Shown in pieces: positions 60,909 to 64,000 of a stretch of 64,000 nt of DNA (its first letter is position 1; each line of letters opens with the position of its first letter). The DNA is from Smithella sp. PtaU1.Bin162 (GTDB lineage: Bacteria; Desulfobacterota; Syntrophia; Syntrophales; Smithellaceae). Under the pieces are notes generated by a model, which did not search any database, was not told where the DNA came from, and saw nothing but the letters and a program-made list of their open reading frames with translations. Position numbers and translations under genes: made by a program. Where the stretch lies: the NCBI GenBank assembly GCA_002068015.1, contig MVRV01000184.1:79976-143975 (forward strand). Direction: 5' to 3'.

Positions 60909-62576
60909 TTAATTTCTGATGTGCAAAAGATAAAAAGCACCGTTGTCCCAGAGCAAATCCGTTTTAGACATCTTTGCCGTGATTTCCTGCAATCTGTTTT
61001 TATGCTGTGTAATGCAGTAGATATCTTTTTTCTGTGCACCCAATTCAAAAAATTCCGGGACGGATAGAAAATAGCGCTTTTTTTCTTCCGGTGCAAGCTT
61101 GACTATTCCTTCGGATAACTCGCCGAAATCCTCGACAATCGGCGTCCGGATTTTATTATAAAAATCAATTCCGTAAAAATTGATCCGGTATTGATATAAA
61201 TCCTGACCTTGCGGAACATTCAGGGCAATCGCCTCCCGGACGACTTTAGCGCTGCGGTATGGAGCCAGAAAGTCATTAAGAGGAAAAAGCAAACTGCCGA
61301 GAAATAACGCACAAAGCGCATAAATGCTGAAAACCCAACCCTTGCGAAATTTACGAAAAATCAAATCAGGCAGAAACGTCATCGCAATTAAAGCAATTAC
61401 CGGCAAAATGATATACAACCACCAGTTACCGGAGATCATAATCACCAGACCTTTTTCCGCATCGGAATATTTTTGCAATACCGGAGGCAGAAACAAAGCT
61501 GCAATCATCAGCAGCGATTGAATTATTACTGCAGCACGAAAAATCACCTTCTTTGCCTGCGAAGCTTCCGCTGGAGTGTTTTCTTCATACTTTTTCAGAA
61601 TGCAACCGGCAAAAAGCGCCAAAGGCAGGAATAGCGGTGCAATGTAAGTCGCCAGCTTGGAAGAAGACATCGTGTAAAACAGAAAAAGAAACAGAAACCA
61701 GACAATAAGTAACCTATTTTCATCATTACCGAAGAGAAAATTTTTTAATAATTTTATTTTACAGGCTTTAATCAGATAAACAGACCAGGGGATGGTCCCC
61801 GCAATGATAATCGGCAGATAATAGTAAAACGGTTCCGTCTTGCCATGCATTTTCGTTGTGAAACGGAGAAAATGCTCCCGGACAAAGAAAAACCAGAGGA
61901 AATCGGGATTTTCTTTTTGTGCCAGAATAATCCACGGGCAAACAACAGCTAAAAAAATCAAGATTCCTACAGGTGAAAACAGCTGTAAAATATTCCGCCA
62001 CCGGCCAATCCAGATAAGCCAGATAATTATAATGGCAAAAGGAAATACGACTCCGATAAGACCCTTGATTAAAAAAGTTAAAGCACAGACAAAATAAAAT
62101 AAATAAAACAGATATTTTTTTTGCTCATTTAAAGCCAGATACCCCAGCCAGACGGCCAAACAAATGAAGAAAGTTAACGGCATATCCAGAATATTAATGC
62201 GACCCAGCACAAAATGAAAACTCGAGACTGTCAGGATTGCGGCGGCATAAACCCCCGTTTTTTCATCACGGAAATATTTGCCGATGAAATAGACAAGCAG
62301 GATACAACCCCAGGCGCAAAGGGCTGCAAACAAGCGGGCGGAAAAATCATTTTCACCGAATATTTTAAAGAACCCTGCCGTAACCCAGGAAACAAGCGGC
62401 GGCTTTTCCAGATAGACGGTATTTTTAATGTGCGGGGTTACATAATTACCGGATTCATTCATAGCTGCAGCAATCAAACTGTATCGGGACTCATCCGGCT
62501 CCATCTGCGGCAGAACGGAAAGCAATCCGATATACAGAATGAAAGGTATCAGAAATAAGATGTATCTTTTTTGCAT
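60909..62576 (-). CDS. arnT: undecaprenyl-phosphate-alpha-L-Ara4N:lipid A arabinosyltransferase (GT39/GT83 ArnT family)
   Basis: EPDESRYSLIAAAM..VTPH..YLEKPPL N-terminal motif and polytopic topology. ATG 62576 lies 10 nt after the PAP2 stop. The ORF-track start at 62645 overlaps that gene. Confidence 0.85.
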   Translation of the reverse strand: MQKRYILFLIPFILYIGLLSVLPQMEPDESRYSLIAAAMNESGNYVTPHIKNTVYLEKPPLVSWVTAGFFKIFGENDFSARLFAALCAWGCILLVYFIGKYFRDEKTGVYAAAILTVSSFHFVLGRINILDMPLTFFICLAVWLGYLALNEQKKYLFYLFYFVCALTFLIKGLIGVVFPFAIIIIWLIWIGRWRNILQLFSPVGILIFLAVVCPWIILAQKENPDFLWFFFVREHFLRFTTKMHGKTEPFYYYLPIIIAGTIPWSVYLIKACKIKLLKNFLFGNDENRLLIVWFLFLFLFYTMSSSKLATYIAPLFLPLALFAGCILKKYEENTPAEASQAKKVIFRAAVIIQSLLMIAALFLPPVLQKYSDAEKGLVIMISGNWWLYIILPVIALIAMTFLPDLIFRKFRKGWVFSIYALCALFLGSLLFPLNDFLAPYRSAKVVREAIALNVPQGQDLYQYRINFYGIDFYNKIRTPIVEDFGELSEGIVKLAPEEKKRYFLSVPEFFELGAQKKDIYCITQHKNRLQEITAKMSKTDLLWDNGAFYLLHIRN

Positions 62577-62586
62577 TCCGTAATCC

Positions 62587-63210
62587 TTACTTTTGAACCA
62601 GTTCGATATTATAGCGGTCAAAGATATATTTGACCGTAAGTGCATATATTATTCCGCAGGCAGCACCGATCAACACGTCACTTAAATAATGCGAAGTAAG
62701 CATTATACGGCTCATTCCTATCGCTGTCGCGGCGGCAAATGCAAGGATACGCCAGCGGGGAAACAAAACAGTAATGGCAGTAGCCAGGGTAAAAGCAGTA
62801 ACGGCGTGTCCCGAGGGAAATGATGTTGTTTCGTATACCAGCCCGCCGAAATAATCAAAACCGAATAATCCTTTATTAAAAAAATCCACCGGCCGGTGCC
62901 TGCCGGCAAGCCATTTAATCAGCAGATTAATCAATCCTGAGGCAGATATGGATACCAAAAGAAAAAAAATCTTCCTTGACCATCCTTGATTTTTTAAAAC
63001 AAAACGTAAAATCAGATAAGCGGGAATAAATACAACAAAATACCACTTTGATTCGCCGGCAATTGTAACGGTCTCTGCAATATTTAAAATAGATTGACTC
63101 AATCCTTTAAAGTAACAGGCAAGTGAAATATCCCAGAAATTATATGACAGGAAAGCCGTGAAGAAAAACGATATAATAACAATCAGTGCAACAATCCGGC
63201 TTTTCTTCAC
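62587..63210 (-). CDS. PAP2 family lipid phosphatase (LpxE/LpxF or undecaprenyl-diphosphatase-like)
   Basis: The three acid-phosphatase motifs KWLAGRHRP, PSGH and SRIMLTSHYLSD. I prefer GTG 63210 as start (GGGGGT Shine-Dalgarno, GTGA overlap with the upstream stop). GTG 63237 is the longest ORF. Confidence 0.82.
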   Translation of the reverse strand: MKKSRIVALIVIISFFFTAFLSYNFWDISLACYFKGLSQSILNIAETVTIAGESKWYFVVFIPAYLILRFVLKNQGWSRKIFFLLVSISASGLINLLIKWLAGRHRPVDFFNKGLFGFDYFGGLVYETTSFPSGHAVTAFTLATAITVLFPRWRILAFAAATAIGMSRIMLTSHYLSDVLIGAACGIIYALTVKYIFDRYNIELVQK

Positions 63211-64000
63211 CTTTTTACCCCCTGATAATTGCGGCACCAGACATATTCAACCGTATCTACCTTTGATCCGTTCAGAATCAGATCCATTTTCCGGACGTCA
63301 TCTACACGATCGCAACGCACATGTTTTGCAATATTCAATTCATGGAAGTGGGTATTGAGAAAAAGAAGATCGTAGCCGAATGGCTCGTTTTTCTGCCAGA
63401 CATCAAATTGATCCCTGCGATCATCGACAACAAAGACCTCTCTGCCGTACGGCAGACTGTAATACATGACCCTGCTGCCCATCGTCCAGTTGGAGACGGC
63501 CAGAGCTTTCGGCGCTCCCGACGAATCTCCTTTCACTATTTCATCTGCCTTACCTGTAATTACCTTAAATCCGTATATATCGCGGAAAGGCGATTTATAA
63601 TCGGGAAAAGGCAGGAATTTGCAGACAAGTTCCGTATAGGCAAATAACGTCAGAATCAAACTGAAGCCAAGAGAAAAATAGAGGAAGTTTCTTTTCCATC
63701 TCTGTACTGATTCCAATAAATAATAAGTCCCTACCGGTATAAACAGCAGATAAAAAATACCGGGCCAATGCGGCAGAGTTCGCTCGGATAATGAAGTCAA
63801 AAGGAAAAACAGCATTATTGTACCGGCAAAAAAAACAGCCAGCCGGAGATAATCGTTTCCGGAACGTATTGATTTAAAAAAACCATAGAAAGCTATGATA
63901 AATAAAAATGGGCTGTAGGCACCGAATTGAGCGGCAATTGATCCTAAAAAATTGGAAATGCTGGCCGTCAGTGTCCCCAATACATGCCCGCTTTGATAGC
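63207..64000 (-). CDS. second ArnT/PMT-like (GT39 family) membrane glycosyltransferase, C-terminal part; 5' end is beyond the window
   Basis: The frame stays open to base 64000 (..YQSGHVLGTLTAS..). Hydrophobic helices are followed by a soluble C-terminal domain, as in ArnT-like enzymes. Only weak direct motif evidence is available because the N-terminus is missing. Confidence 0.6.
   Translation of the reverse strand, partial: YQSGHVLGTLTASISNFLGSIAAQFGAYSPFLFIIAFYGFFKSIRSGNDYLRLAVFFAGTIMLFFLLTSLSERTLPHWPGIFYLLFIPVGTYYLLESVQRWKRNFLYFSLGFSLILTLFAYTELVCKFLPFPDYKSPFRDIYGFKVITGKADEIVKGDSSGAPKALAVSNWTMGSRVMYYSLPYGREVFVVDDRRDQFDVWQKNEPFGYDLLFLNTHFHELNIAKHVRCDRVDDVRKMDLILNGSKVDTVEYVWCRNYQGVKR

Overview
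This is a densely coded bacterial chromosomal window, moderately AT-rich by eye. Gene content looks like Desulfobacterota (deltaproteobacteria-like), but that placement is inference from content only. I saw no rRNA, tRNA, CRISPR array, transposase, integrase or phage gene.

Most of the window is core housekeeping:
- purM-purN, then a tightly coupled DUF523 / FAD-oxidoreductase-like / pfk string
- rpmB, recJ, comEC, hisS-aspS, a UvrD-type helicase and adk
- the conserved rpsB-tsf-pyrH-frr-uppS-cdsA-dxr-rseP-tsaB block
- argJ, secA, an M23 peptidase, and a two-subunit biotin carboxylase (pyruvate-carboxylase type)

Four accessory-looking modules stand out:
1. A Liv-type ABC importer with an AMP-forming acyl-CoA ligase embedded in the operon. 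It sits next to a sigma54-type two-component pair. Its leader carries a promoter-like site, a Phe-rich mini-ORF and a strong intrinsic terminator.
2. A TRAP transporter convergent with pxpABC (5-oxoprolinase), followed by a glutaminyl cyclase.
3. An exported L,D-transpeptidase / VanX-type dipeptidase / DAACS symporter operon.
4. A complete L-Ara4N lipid A modification cluster (arnB-C-A(FT)-A(DH)-D plus arnT) with split ArnA, preceded by a PAP2 phosphatase and a second, truncated GT39 transferase.

One further item is an HMGL-fold (homocitrate / Re-citrate synthase-like) enzyme fused to a C-terminal Cache-like domain.

I did not find a convincingly new multi-gene system such as a defence island. 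The findings below are the unusual points I can actually support. All promoter, terminator and leader calls are by-eye predictions without folding or database searches.
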